Virus record (IMG/VR): IMGVR_UViG_3300002307_000041
Span: 1 to 64,000 of that record
Length of the DNA stretch: 64,000 bases
Origin: a virus
Lineage: Duplodnaviria > Caudoviricetes
Strand: one strand, 5' to 3'
The position numbers were made by a program, and so were the translations under genes. Numbering within the stretch: position 1 is the stretch's first letter; each line of letters opens with the position of its first letter. A model generated the notes under the pieces. That model was not told where the DNA came from and did no database searches. It saw only the letters and a list, made by a program, of their open reading frames with translations. Below, piece after piece: positions 19,168 to 29,168 of this stretch.

Positions 19168-19737
19168 ATGACTTTAAGAGACCTAACTAGCGAAAAACAC
19201 AAAGATGCAGAACGACAAGAGTTCGTAAAGGTACTTTTGTCTGGCAAAATAAATCCAGATTTTTACGCCACGTTCTTAGCAAATCAATATCACATCTACT
19301 ATCAGTTAGAGGCTACTGCTAGCCTCTACGATCAACTAAAGGACTTACCTGATATACGCAGAGCTAGACATATTATGTCTGACTACAATGAACTATGGAG
19401 TGATCCTGATAAACGACCTTGGATAGCCCCTGTAGTAAAAGAGTATACTGCATATCTAACAGATCTAAGTAGGACTTCTCCAAATAAACTTTTTGCACAC
19501 ATCTATGTACGCCATATGGGAGACTTAGCAGGTGGGCAAATGATAGCTAGAAAAGTTCCAGGCGGAGGTAAGTTGTATAAATTTGAAGATGCTGACAAGC
19601 TAAAGACAACTATACGTGAGAGACTATCAGACGAGTTAGCAGATGAAGCGAATGTCTGTTTTGATTTTGCCATAACACTGTTTAAACAATTAATGGAAAT
19701 AGATATGCCAAAGTATACAGAGGAAACAAATGAGTGA
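19168..19737 (+). CDS. hemO: heme oxygenase
   Basis: LTSEKHKDAE (proximal His), HIYVRHMGDLAGGQ. Confidence 0.92.
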   Translation: MTLRDLTSEKHKDAERQEFVKVLLSGKINPDFYATFLANQYHIYYQLEATASLYDQLKDLPDIRRARHIMSDYNELWSDPDKRPWIAPVVKEYTAYLTDLSRTSPNKLFAHIYVRHMGDLAGGQMIARKVPGGGKLYKFEDADKLKTTIRERLSDELADEANVCFDFAITLFKQLMEIDMPKYTEETNE

Positions 19738-20410
19738 GATATGGGATAGCCTAATCTCTATACAAAATTCTTTTATACAACAGTTCCAGGAGACAGGTAA
19801 TGAAGTTTTCGAAGAAGGAATGGATCGATTCAATCAACCAGGTTGGATCAATCGGGTTTGGACCAGCGGGGATTATCGCAGAGCACATATTGATGTTGTT
19901 GATGCTCGTGACACTAAGGGTTTATGGATGATGCATTGTTGTGTGTTCCCTCACACAAACAATCCTGCTCCTATATTTGGATATGATGTTATAGCGGGTC
20001 GTAATAAGATAACAGGATTCTTCCACGATTTCTCATCAACGGGATTTCCAAATCACCCTCTCATAGAATGGTTTGGTAATGAAGTAAGTAAGTTAGAGTG
20101 GCGCAAGACTAGAGCTTTACCAGACTGGGCACAACGCATCTTTAGTCCTCATATGATTGCTGCGGGTAATGTTAGCAAATCAGATGAAATAGAACAGATG
20201 ATTGATATAGGTAATCGTTTCCTCGACCACTACTTAACCTGTATAGGTGAGACTACTACAGATTATATAGACAACACGGGTATGCAGAATATCTATTGTG
20301 AGAACCAGAAATTAAATCCCCATACTCCGAAAGTTATGGCAAGTTTGGGATTAGATGAAAACGATGTGCGAACATTCATAGACGAATGTTTGTTTCCAGA
20401 AATACGATAA
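19730..20410 (+). CDS. ferredoxin-dependent bilin reductase (PcyA/PcyX-like)
   Basis: YRRAHI, MHCCVFP, PIFGYDVIAG, FHDFS, QKLNPHT; coupled to heme oxygenase. Confidence 0.85.
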   Translation: MSEIWDSLISIQNSFIQQFQETGNEVFEEGMDRFNQPGWINRVWTSGDYRRAHIDVVDARDTKGLWMMHCCVFPHTNNPAPIFGYDVIAGRNKITGFFHDFSSTGFPNHPLIEWFGNEVSKLEWRKTRALPDWAQRIFSPHMIAAGNVSKSDEIEQMIDIGNRFLDHYLTCIGETTTDYIDNTGMQNIYCENQKLNPHTPKVMASLGLDENDVRTFIDECLFPEIR

Positions 20411-20420
20411 ATATTTCATA

Positions 20421-22067
20421 ATGCGAGCAGACGAATTTCTTACAGAAGCCACGATAAATCTTTCTAATTTTGCAGATCGCAATAGTCACTATTGGCGGAA
20501 TATCTTAGCCATGATAAAACAAGGTGAAGATTTTAGATTAAATAGCGGACAGTATGTGACCGCAGATCATAAATCATACGAATCATTATCCAAAATATGG
20601 GATGGAGAAAGCAAAACAGCAACTCCTGAACAAATACTTCTCATAAAAAAACACGGGTTTGAAACTGAAGACGGTAATATTATACCTTGGAGTAAAATCT
20701 ACAAAAGCAAAGAAATTAGAGCTGGCGAATCTGACGGAGATCAAGGAAGCAAGTTTTGGAATACCGGAAATGTAGTCGAAGGCATAATGGGAGCTGCTGT
20801 AACTGCTAAATTCCTCAATCCTGAAAATAAAATAACTACAGTAGACATAGTAAAGGTATTAAAATATTCTAAGTATGGATCTTCACTAAATGCAAATATA
20901 TCAAAAAGATCATATGCAGGACAGAATGGAAATGATAATATTAAATTTACTCTCAGTTTAAATCGAAACGATAATAATGCTTTAAATCTGTCATACGAAG
21001 ATGGTGACGCATTCTCTTCATATAAGGGATCTGAAGAGATTTATAAAGCATACGAAAATGCTGCTGAATACGTAAATGACGCAAGAACAGTTAAAGAAGC
21101 ACTAGAAAGAGTCATTGGAGATCCTAATCCCAACAGTGTCTTAATTGAAAGTGAAGGAGCAGCCGCAGAAAATCAACGCGGTACTAAAGCAGATTTGTTT
21201 ATAACTATTGATGGAAAAAGGGAAAGATTATTAAGCCTTAAAGCCGGGGTAGTGCCTCAGGTAGGGCAAATGAGTGGGGCAGCTTTTGAAACTCTCGAAG
21301 CATTCTTTAAAAGTGTGTTAGGGTTTGGGTTACCAGCAACTATGAATAATGAAAATGATTTTCCGCGAGATTCTAGACAAGCTGAAGTTAAAAAATATAT
21401 TTTACAAAATGGATTTACAAAAGCCTATAAACACATCTATGAATCATTGAGATCTACATTAAGCGGAGATAACAATTATAAAGAATATAATTTTACTTCA
21501 CAGGTTTTCAACGGACTGAAGCATCACGCTACTTTAGATGAAGATGTGCTAATCGTATATGTTACTCCGTCGGCTAATAGAGCATATATGGAAATATCAA
21601 TAGGTAAAGAATTACGTGAAGCGTTAGATCATTATGATCTACAGCCTCAATTATCGGGTACTACACTAAAGATAATTGGTGTTCCAAAAGATGAATTAGG
21701 AAAACAAATGAGTGAGGGCAAAACCTTAACTCTATTCCAACTGCGTTCATCAGTACAAGGAAACGCTCTAAGAAATGCAGTTGAGGTTGGAAAACTAGTT
21801 AAAGCGTTAGCCGATTTAGAGAAAATACGAGTACGCCGAGGCGAGAAAAAAGAAGAGCCTAAGTTAAAGGCAAAGCCTGCACCTGCACAACAGCAGCAAG
21901 CAGCACAGCAAGCGCCTGTAGCAGCACAGCAGCAAGCACCTGCACAACAGCAGCAAGCAGCACAGCAAGCGCCTGTAGCAGCACAGCAGCAAGCAGCGAC
22001 CCCTCGTAACAAACAAAACCTAGATTTAAGTAGGTCTCCACTCACTGCTAAATGGATGTCTAGCTGA
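20421..22067 (+). CDS. hypothetical protein, possible PD-(D/E)XK-type nuclease, with Gln/Ala-rich tail
   Basis: TKADLFITIDGKRERLLSLKAG motif; GATAAATA box 7 nt upstream of ATG. Confidence 0.5.
   Translation: MRADEFLTEATINLSNFADRNSHYWRNILAMIKQGEDFRLNSGQYVTADHKSYESLSKIWDGESKTATPEQILLIKKHGFETEDGNIIPWSKIYKSKEIRAGESDGDQGSKFWNTGNVVEGIMGAAVTAKFLNPENKITTVDIVKVLKYSKYGSSLNANISKRSYAGQNGNDNIKFTLSLNRNDNNALNLSYEDGDAFSSYKGSEEIYKAYENAAEYVNDARTVKEALERVIGDPNPNSVLIESEGAAAENQRGTKADLFITIDGKRERLLSLKAGVVPQVGQMSGAAFETLEAFFKSVLGFGLPATMNNENDFPRDSRQAEVKKYILQNGFTKAYKHIYESLRSTLSGDNNYKEYNFTSQVFNGLKHHATLDEDVLIVYVTPSANRAYMEISIGKELREALDHYDLQPQLSGTTLKIIGVPKDELGKQMSEGKTLTLFQLRSSVQGNALRNAVEVGKLVKALADLEKIRVRRGEKKEEPKLKAKPAPAQQQQAAQQAPVAAQQQAPAQQQQAAQQAPVAAQQQAATPRNKQNLDLSRSPLTAKWMSS
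21879..21992 (+). repeat. 2 x 57-bp exact tandem repeat (APAQQQQAAQQAPVAAQQQ)
   Basis: Units start at 21879 and 21936. Confidence 0.9.
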
Positions 22068-22101
22068 TAAATAAACAGACACTATTATCAGGAGAGATCA
22101 T

Positions 22102-22725
22102 ATGTCTATCAGCAAACAACAAATGGCGGCGGCTTTACCGAAAGTTAAAGCAGAGAACATTGATAAATTCTACGAAGCACTATGCGATGCTATGGAAGAA
22201 TTTGATATCGACCAGAACAATAAGCGTATAGCAGCATTTCTAGCTCAATGCGCCCACGAAAGCGGCAATTTAGCTGTATTACACGAAAACTTAAATTACA
22301 AAGCAGAAGGTCTTACTAAGATCTTCCATAAGTATTTTCCAGATATGGAAACTGCTAGCGAATACGCACACAATCCAGAAAAGATCGCTAACCGTGTATA
22401 TGCTAATCGCATGGGAAACGGTGACGAAGATAGCGGTGAAGGTTTTAAATATTGCGGACGCGGTCTTATACAGTTAACAGGCAAGCAAAACTATACCTAT
22501 TGTGGACAATCACTAGAAGTTGACTTGCTCGACGATCCGAGTTATTTAGAAACACCAGAGGGTGCTGCTCGTAGTGCTGCTTGGTTCTGGGATAGTCGCG
22601 ATCTCAACGACCTAGCAGATGAAGGTGATATGAAGACTATCACTAAAAAGATCAACGGTGGATTTATTGGTCTAGAAGAGCGTATCGATAACTACGAAAC
22701 GGCTCTTGCAGCCTTGGGGGAGTAA
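22102..22725 (+). CDS. GH19 endolysin
   Basis: FLAQCAHES, ENLNY, GRGLIQLTG..NY, TKKINGG. Confidence 0.92.
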   Translation: MSISKQQMAAALPKVKAENIDKFYEALCDAMEEFDIDQNNKRIAAFLAQCAHESGNLAVLHENLNYKAEGLTKIFHKYFPDMETASEYAHNPEKIANRVYANRMGNGDEDSGEGFKYCGRGLIQLTGKQNYTYCGQSLEVDLLDDPSYLETPEGAARSAAWFWDSRDLNDLADEGDMKTITKKINGGFIGLEERIDNYETALAALGE

Positions 22726-22727
22726 AA

Positions 22728-23216
22728 ATGTTCGGGTTTAGTGGCATAGGATTAAAGATCGCCATAGCAGCTATCCTGTTTTCAGTAATATCCGGTGGAT
22801 ATTTCTACATAAAACAGCAGCAAGCAGAACTCGAACTGGCCAAAGAAGTGCAGGCCAAGATGGAAGGTGTTATACAGAAGCAAGGACTTGCTATGGATAA
22901 CATGAAAGCAGATGTTGAGCGTATGGGTCAGGTACAAACTGAGCTATCTAGCAAAGTTAACCAAGCACAAAAAGAAAACCAAGATCTTGCAAAGAAATTT
23001 ACACAAGATGCAGCAGGCAACGAGCGTAACTTATCTGCCATGGCACAAGAAAAACCTAGTTTAGTTGAAGAGAAGATAAACAGAGGAAGCAAAGATGCAC
23101 TACGTTGCAACGAGCTTATCACCGGATCTCCTTTAACTGAAGATGAAGCTGCTGGAAAGGTTAGGAACAATATCTGTCCTACTCTATTGCCCAAACCCGA
23201 GGTGAAAAAGAAATGA
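22728..23216 (+). CDS. putative i-spanin (Rz-like)
   Basis: N-terminal TM segment + coiled-coil + two Cys; follows the endolysin. Confidence 0.65.
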   Translation: MFGFSGIGLKIAIAAILFSVISGGYFYIKQQQAELELAKEVQAKMEGVIQKQGLAMDNMKADVERMGQVQTELSSKVNQAQKENQDLAKKFTQDAAGNERNLSAMAQEKPSLVEEKINRGSKDALRCNELITGSPLTEDEAAGKVRNNICPTLLPKPEVKKK

Positions 23217-23584
23217 AGAAATTACTTTTAATACCGTTAATGTTTACACTAGCAGCTTGTGCGTCTGCAGGTCCTAAGGTTTTTGTAGCTCCTGAACAGT
23301 TAGATAGAGCTAAATTTGTAGCTCCAGAAGTTGCACCAGCAGAACAAATGAATATCGAATGGACTATAATCACTAAAGATAATGTAAATGAAAAAATAGC
23401 CCAATTACAAAAGAAAACAGGATCTGTTACATTTTTTGCACTTACAGCACAGGGATATCAAAATCTCAGTATAAATACCAGTGAATTGCGCAGATATATA
23501 CAGCAGCAAAATGCAGTAATAGCAGCGTTAAAGAAATACTATGAAGCACCAGTAATAAAGGAACCAGCAAAAAATGGCCAGTGA
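23213..23584 (+). CDS. putative o-spanin lipoprotein (Rz1-like)
   Basis: Lipobox LAAC; overlaps end of the i-spanin gene. Confidence 0.65.
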   Translation: MKKLLLIPLMFTLAACASAGPKVFVAPEQLDRAKFVAPEVAPAEQMNIEWTIITKDNVNEKIAQLQKKTGSVTFFALTAQGYQNLSINTSELRRYIQQQNAVIAALKKYYEAPVIKEPAKNGQ

Positions 23585-24251
23585 TGACGTTGCTACAGGG
23601 CACAATGTTAGATTAGAAGATGAAGAATGGACACCAAATCCAGATAAGCTAAAGCCAAAGCGTCCAAAAGATGCCGCGCCTGCTCCGGCTCCTGCAGCAC
23701 CGTCTTATCCTACATACACAGCGCCAACTGCACCTAGTGCTCCTGTCACAACGCCAACACCTGCTCCAACACCTGCTCCAGTTCCAATTCCAGTTCCAGA
23801 ACCTGTAGTTGTGCAAATAGCACCGCCTACTCCACAACCAGCATATGATCCAAATGCAGCAGTAAACTTTATGAATAACCAACAGAATTTCCAGCAGAGT
23901 CAAGCAACAGCGCAATATCAAGCACAGGCTAGTGTTGGGTTGGCGCAAACATCGCTCGACAAGGAAGTGCTTGAAAAACAGTTTGAAAAAGAAGACGAAC
24001 ATTGGGTCAAGAGTTTCTGGCGTCCAGCCATGGGTTGGCTCTATATGTTGATATGCTTTATGGATTTCGTAGGATTTCCACTGCTAACTATCTTCTTACC
24101 AATTATCTTCAAGCCATTTGGATTAACTATGCCATATCAAGCTTGGCAAAGCCTAACACTTAGCAACGGTGGATTGATCCATCTAGCATTTGGTGCAATA
24201 CTTGGCGTAAGCGCATTTACACGTGGTCAAGAAAAAATGGCAGGAAAATAA
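23574..24251 (+). CDS. putative holin (3TM-holin-like) with Pro-rich N-terminus
   Basis: WRPAMGWLY and C-terminal hydrophobic segments. Confidence 0.6.
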   Translation: MASDDVATGHNVRLEDEEWTPNPDKLKPKRPKDAAPAPAPAAPSYPTYTAPTAPSAPVTTPTPAPTPAPVPIPVPEPVVVQIAPPTPQPAYDPNAAVNFMNNQQNFQQSQATAQYQAQASVGLAQTSLDKEVLEKQFEKEDEHWVKSFWRPAMGWLYMLICFMDFVGFPLLTIFLPIIFKPFGLTMPYQAWQSLTLSNGGLIHLAFGAILGVSAFTRGQEKMAGK

Positions 24252-24309
24252 GTTGACAGAGAGTTACAGGTATGCTATTCTAAACAATAACAGAAAGAGC
24301 CTGTAACTT

Positions 24310-24600
24310 ATGACAGATCCTAATGCATTGCCAGAAATTGGCGGAGTCGGTGAGGTTACTTCTAGACCTGTACCTGGACGCGATCCTATGCCAGAGAAAC
24401 CGTCTCCAATTCCATCTACTCCTGTTCCGCCTGCTAGTGAACCAGAAGAGTTAACGCTAGATGATTTAAAATTATCCCTAGTACTATTAGATGCTTGTGC
24501 TCAAAGAGGAGCATTTAAGATCGATGAATTTTCAGTCGTTGGTAAATTGCACGATAGAATGAATAGCTATATTGCTAGACAGGAAAACAAAAAACCCTAA
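24310..24600 (+). CDS. hypothetical protein
   Basis: Preceded by TTGACA-N17-TATTCT (24253-24281). Confidence 0.7.
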   Translation: MTDPNALPEIGGVGEVTSRPVPGRDPMPEKPSPIPSTPVPPASEPEELTLDDLKLSLVLLDACAQRGAFKIDEFSVVGKLHDRMNSYIARQENKKP

Positions 24601-24815
24601 TGGCTAAAGAAGATACGTTTGAATTCAAAGGAAAAGTTACAGAAGTACTACCTAATAGTACATTTAGAGTAATTTTAGAAAATGATCATGAAATCATCGC
24701 TTATGGTAGCGGCAAGATACGACAAAATAGGATTAGAATCATATTAGGAGATAAAGTAACTGTTGAAGTTAGTCCGTATGATCTTACTAAAGGTCGCATA
24801 ACTTATAGGAACTAA
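24600..24815 (+). CDS. infA: translation initiation factor IF-1
   Basis: [43 protein letters not shown]. Confidence 0.97.
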   Translation: MAKEDTFEFKGKVTEVLPNSTFRVILENDHEIIAYGSGKIRQNRIRIILGDKVTVEVSPYDLTKGRITYRN

Positions 24816-24817
24816 AT

Positions 24818-25657
24818 ATGAGTATGTATATTACTGAAATATCTATGCCTTATCACGACGAAACTGTAGGTACAAAAATAGCTAAAACCTTTGATAAGTT
24901 TGCAGGACAACCTATTAGCCCAACGCAGATCGCAAACCATCTAAAGCGCATATTAGGCACTACTACTATTATCAGTATCCACAAAGGTGATGAAGTAGAA
25001 TCTAATAGTATTGGGTTACAGGCATATTATGATCCTGATGAGGACGAAGATGAGGAAAAACCTTTCGAGTTAGTGTTAAATTTTAATAGAGCTGATAAAC
25101 AGGTCGTTATGGATATTAGCGAATGGCGAGAATTTGCATCACAGGTAATAGAATTTTTACAACACGAGATTATACATCAACAACAGTATCGTAGCAGAGA
25201 CTTCATACAAAATCGCCCTTATCGCAGCAATGCTACAGACCCCCAACAAAAAGCAGCACAAGAGTATCAAGGAAATCCGGACGAAGTAGAAGCATATGCA
25301 CATAATCTCGCTAGTGAGCTTTTGAGGAAGACACAGGGCAATACTGACCAGGTGTTACGCTTATTGCGTAATTTTTCTAGCACAGCAGTATCTAAGGATC
25401 AAGCTGGCAGATTATTAAGTCCTACCTTGTTTGGCTATTTCCAAGATTTTGGATTTAACACACAGCATCCTGTGCTTAAGAGTCTATTGAAGAAAACCTA
25501 TCAATATATAATGCTCAAGAAAAATGCAGCAGCAAGAGACACTCGGGTAGCCAACAGAAACGCTGAAATACAGCAGGCAACTGAAAATTTAAATAAGCGC
25601 CGAGAAATGCTTGACAAAATGCTAGGATCATCTTATACTACTATTATAGAAAAGTAA
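24818..25657 (+). CDS. zincin-like metallopeptidase-motif protein
   Basis: QHEIIH (HExxH) plus downstream EVEAYA. Confidence 0.55.
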   Translation: MSMYITEISMPYHDETVGTKIAKTFDKFAGQPISPTQIANHLKRILGTTTIISIHKGDEVESNSIGLQAYYDPDEDEDEEKPFELVLNFNRADKQVVMDISEWREFASQVIEFLQHEIIHQQQYRSRDFIQNRPYRSNATDPQQKAAQEYQGNPDEVEAYAHNLASELLRKTQGNTDQVLRLLRNFSSTAVSKDQAGRLLSPTLFGYFQDFGFNTQHPVLKSLLKKTYQYIMLKKNAAARDTRVANRNAEIQQATENLNKRREMLDKMLGSSYTTIIEK

Positions 25658-25668
25658 AAGAGGTCGCT

Positions 25669-26391
25669 ATGAATATAGATACAATGCAGTCTATCGCACT
25701 TGCCGTAGCAGCATACCGACTTAACGGAAACTGTTATCTTAAAGATAATGTATGGGATACAGAAATGGTAAATGTAAAAGCATTTTCCAATAAATCTATC
25801 CTACGTACTAATCTAAATGTAGACCATTATAGCAGCGATGCGAGTAATCAGCCTCCTATGTTAAATCTAACAAAAACTGACATGGAAGAAGCAGTTAAGA
25901 TACGCGACTATACTAAGAAAAATCTCTTAAAATTATTAGCATTACAGCCGGGTGATCAACCTTCTTATGAAGTTAGCCTCTATCAGAAATTAAATCAAAA
26001 AGAAATACACGCAGGTGATCTAGGATTTGTTGCTAGTGCTCCTATGTACTATTATAATAATAAAACTCGTGACGAAATTGAAGCTAGATTAGCTAAAAAT
26101 GAGAGTCGATATGTTGGCTCATTAGGAGGCCGGGTAGTATTAGAAAATCTAGAAATCATACGTATTAGCTTTAGCATTAATTATCAAGGGTATGTAGTAT
26201 CTGGTATTAGCGAAAATAATCTTTTCTTGTTCTTTTCTTCGAAAAATTTAGAATCTCTAAAAGTTGGAGATAAGATTTCAATCGTGGGCAAGGTTAAAGA
26301 TCACCTTTTAGAAAAAGATAAGTATCCAATGACTAAGCTTAATTACGTCACTATTAAAGGAATGGAAAATGCGCCCACGATTACACCATGA
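25669..26391 (+). CDS. hypothetical protein (possible C-terminal OB fold)
   Basis: TTGACA-N17-TATACT at 25611-25639; VGDKISIVGKVKDH...TKLNYV. Confidence 0.6.
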   Translation: MNIDTMQSIALAVAAYRLNGNCYLKDNVWDTEMVNVKAFSNKSILRTNLNVDHYSSDASNQPPMLNLTKTDMEEAVKIRDYTKKNLLKLLALQPGDQPSYEVSLYQKLNQKEIHAGDLGFVASAPMYYYNNKTRDEIEARLAKNESRYVGSLGGRVVLENLEIIRISFSINYQGYVVSGISENNLFLFFSSKNLESLKVGDKISIVGKVKDHLLEKDKYPMTKLNYVTIKGMENAPTITP

Positions 26392-26614
26392 ACAGACAAC
26401 CACAGTAACTTGTTCGGATAATGGAAAAAGCAGCAAAGCTGATGTTATCAGTTTCGTAGCAGAACAACGTCTAGTAGTAAGTCTGAATAAAACTATTAAA
26501 ATGGAAATGTCCTATAACCCTCGCAATAAACTATATGTTGCACATCAAACAGGATTAGAATTTGTTAGCAGCGGACCTGCTATCTTCGAAGTAGCCCAGT
26601 TTAAAAGGAGATAA
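26369..26614 (+). CDS. hypothetical protein
   Basis: 81-aa ORF in operon. Confidence 0.65.
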   Translation: MRPRLHHEQTTTVTCSDNGKSSKADVISFVAEQRLVVSLNKTIKMEMSYNPRNKLYVAHQTGLEFVSSGPAIFEVAQFKRR

Positions 26615-26616
26615 CT

Positions 26617-27000
26617 ATGGCTTGGAAGGTTTCAACAATAGAAAAGAAGTCTTGTACTCAGATCGAGTATTTCAAGAAGGGTGAACTCACCGCACAGCGA
26701 GAAATTGGTTGGCGTTGGTGTTGGGCTACTTACGAAGAAAAGCCGGATCTAGGTGATTATGATCCCGATAAGGATCAGATCGAACTGTACGAGATGGGCG
26801 ACATTATTGATATGGGACAAGACGACGGCTGTTGGGAAGAGTGGACGTGGCCCGAAGAAATCGACGAAGAGGAAGCCGAGCGCCTCGAAGAGATCTATAA
26901 TGAAGAGTATGACGAAGGGCTTGAGAACGAAGGATGGACTTTAGATGATACTGAATATTGGGTCAGTGGTCCGTTAGAGGTAGAAGAAGTAGATGCTTGA
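26617..27000 (+). CDS. acidic hypothetical protein
   Basis: Glu/Asp/Trp-rich; AGGAG SD. Confidence 0.7.
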   Translation: MAWKVSTIEKKSCTQIEYFKKGELTAQREIGWRWCWATYEEKPDLGDYDPDKDQIELYEMGDIIDMGQDDGCWEEWTWPEEIDEEEAERLEEIYNEEYDEGLENEGWTLDDTEYWVSGPLEVEEVDA

Positions 27001-27397
27001 GTGTTTGATCTTAGGCGATAGTATCGCTGTTGGTACTCATCAATATAAGACTGACTGTGTGAAACTTGCTACAAGTGGATTTAGCTCTCTACAATGGAAT
27101 AGACGCTACAATAACACTATCTTATTCTCACAGCAGTTCAATTTTGTTGTAATTAGCTTAGGATCAAACGACTACGCAGCTATCAATACACGCAAAGAAC
27201 TAGAAGAACTTAGGATAAAGATTGATAGCAAGCGTGTCTATTGGATATTGCCTGCTATTAAACCTGAGATACAACAAGTGGTTAGAGAGATAGCATCTTT
27301 CCACGGTGATCGTATTATTAAGATACCTATTCTAGGAAGAGATGGGATACACCCAACTACTACTGGATACAAAAAAATAGCAGAGGAAGTAAAATGA
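26993..27397 (+). CDS. SGNH/GDSL hydrolase
   Basis: LGDSI, SLGSND, DGIHP blocks. Confidence 0.8.
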   Translation: MLECLILGDSIAVGTHQYKTDCVKLATSGFSSLQWNRRYNNTILFSQQFNFVVISLGSNDYAAINTRKELEELRIKIDSKRVYWILPAIKPEIQQVVREIASFHGDRIIKIPILGRDGIHPTTTGYKKIAEEVK

Positions 27398-27996
27398 ATT
27401 TAGTACCAATGGTAATCGAAAAAGAATCTGGCGGAGAACGTAGCTATGATATCTTTAGTCGCTTGCTTAAAGACAGGATTATAATGTTAGAAGGACCCAT
27501 CGAAGACCATACAAGTGGACTTATTTGTTCACAGCTATTGTTCTTAGAAAGTCAGAATCCGGCAAAGGATATCTATCTCTATATTAATAGTCCAGGTGGG
27601 GTTATTACTGCTGGTATGGCTATCTATGATACTATGCAGTTTATCAAACCAGATGTTTGCACTATCGTAATGGGGCAGGCGTGTAGCATGGGGTCATTTT
27701 TAGCGCAAGCAGGTGCAACAGGAAAGCGTTGGTTGCTGCCTAACAGCAGACATATGATCCATCAACCTAGCGGTGGAGCTAGAGGTATGGCTAGTGATAT
27801 CGAGATTAGCTATAAAGAAATCCAGTTTTGGAAAAATAGGTTGACAGAATTGTATGTTAAGCATAATACTGTAGGTAAGACTTATGATCACTTTGTAGCA
27901 GATATGGATCGAGATAAGTTTATGAGTGCAAACGAAGCAGTTGCTTATGGTCTAGCAGATAAGGTGATCGAGCGTCGAGACGATCTAGGAGAATAA
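27394..27996 (+). CDS. clpP: ATP-dependent Clp protease proteolytic subunit
   Basis: [25 protein letters not shown] (Ser), HQP (His), DRD (Asp). Confidence 0.97.
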   Translation: MNLVPMVIEKESGGERSYDIFSRLLKDRIIMLEGPIEDHTSGLICSQLLFLESQNPAKDIYLYINSPGGVITAGMAIYDTMQFIKPDVCTIVMGQACSMGSFLAQAGATGKRWLLPNSRHMIHQPSGGARGMASDIEISYKEIQFWKNRLTELYVKHNTVGKTYDHFVADMDRDKFMSANEAVAYGLADKVIERRDDLGE

Positions 27997-27997
27997 A

Positions 27998-28546
27998 GTG
28001 AAAGTTTATATCGGCCGTTATCCAAGTAGTGCAGTTTCTAAACGTAGACCCGATGCTGAACAGGTAAAGCGTATACGCATAGATGCGTGGGATACTTGGA
28101 ATATGGCCGAAACTCTTGCTGAAATAATCTTACCTATGCTAACACAACTGAGAGATACTAAACACGGTAGTCCTGGAGACATACCCGCTTTCTCTGATGA
28201 TAGCAATCACCAGTATCCTCAACTGTGTTTTGATTTTTATAAAAAAGATAATAAACTTGCTTGGGATCGTGGACATAAACAATTTGAAGATATCTTAGAC
28301 AAAATGATCTGGAGTTTTGAGCAGATCTGCATAGAGGATAGGGATAGCCAGTTTCATAGCGGAACACACGACATTAAATGGGTTCCTGTACTAAATGCAC
28401 AAGGAGCCCCAACTGGAAATTCTAAGATGGTAAAGGGACCTAACGACACTGCAAAATTTGATTCGGTTAGTTATAAGATCTACTACGAAAAGATACAAGA
28501 GGGGTTAGACCTTTTTGGAAAATATTATATGGGACTTTGGGATTAA
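27998..28546 (+). CDS. hypothetical protein
   Basis: 182-aa ORF. Confidence 0.7.
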   Translation: MKVYIGRYPSSAVSKRRPDAEQVKRIRIDAWDTWNMAETLAEIILPMLTQLRDTKHGSPGDIPAFSDDSNHQYPQLCFDFYKKDNKLAWDRGHKQFEDILDKMIWSFEQICIEDRDSQFHSGTHDIKWVPVLNAQGAPTGNSKMVKGPNDTAKFDSVSYKIYYEKIQEGLDLFGKYYMGLWD

Positions 28547-28818
28547 TGATAAAGTTAAAATGGCACGGAGATTTACCAGAAAATCTTTCCGAGATCGAGG
28601 AAACGGTTATTAAGGATTTAGAAAATATACACGACGACCTTGATGGAGATCCGAGTCCATTAATTTTCCATCACGTATTTTTAGAGAAGAATCACAACGG
28701 ACCATTAGTATTTGTGTGGGGTGAGTCGGGAGATAATGATCAATATCATTGTGAATATGATCCAAATCCAAAATGGGAAAGTATTAATTCACTTGACAGC
28801 AACGAAGAATTAAGTTAG
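28546..28818 (+). CDS. hypothetical protein
   Basis: TAATG coupling. Confidence 0.6.
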   Translation: MIKLKWHGDLPENLSEIEETVIKDLENIHDDLDGDPSPLIFHHVFLEKNHNGPLVFVWGESGDNDQYHCEYDPNPKWESINSLDSNEELS

Positions 28819-28821
28819 TAT
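28793..28821 (+). promoter_or_regulatory. sigma70 promoter for Gly/Ser tRNAs
   Basis: TTGACA-N17-TAGTAT. Confidence 0.75.
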
Positions 28822-28837
28822 AAGTAATAATAGAGAC

Positions 28838-28911
28838 GCGGGGTTGGCATATGGGTTGTGCATCAGCCTTCCAAGCTGAAGAAAGGAGTTCGAATCTCCT
28901 ACCCCGCTCCA
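28838..28911 (+). tRNA. tRNA-Gly(TCC)
   Basis: Cloverleaf, loop CTTCCAA, CCA end. Confidence 0.93.
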
Positions 28912-28915
28912 AAGT

Positions 28916-29007
28916 GGTGAGATGGCCGAGAGGCTTAAGGCAACGGTTTGCTAAACCGTCGTACCTAGAAATGGGTACCCAGGGTTCGAATCCCTGTCTC
29001 ACCGCCA
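28916..29007 (+). tRNA. tRNA-Ser(GCT)
   Basis: Long variable arm, loop TTGCTAA, GCCA end. Confidence 0.95.
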
Positions 29008-29032
29008 ACACTAAAAAAGTTTAAAATACCAG

Positions 29033-29061
29033 TTGACAAGAATATAAATATAATGTATAAA
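29033..29061 (+). promoter_or_regulatory. sigma70 promoter of attenuated tRNA operon, overlapping two TATAAATA boxes
   Basis: TTGACA-N17-TATAAA; TATAAATA at 29043 and 29056. Confidence 0.8.
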
Positions 29062-29081
29062 TAAAAGACAATAAGGAATAC

Positions 29082-29168
29082 GTGAGTTCAACAATGTCAA
29101 AGCATATGAATCAAATTTGCAAATATAACCGTTGGTATGAAGATGCCAGGGGGGTTCTTGTACGTTGA
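29082..29168 (+). CDS. candidate attenuator leader peptide MSSTMSKHMNQICKYNRWYEDARGVLVR
   Basis: TAAGGA then GTG 29082; in-frame ATGs at 29094 and 29106; stop lies inside the antiterminator hairpin. Confidence 0.65.
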   Translation: MSSTMSKHMNQICKYNRWYEDARGVLVR

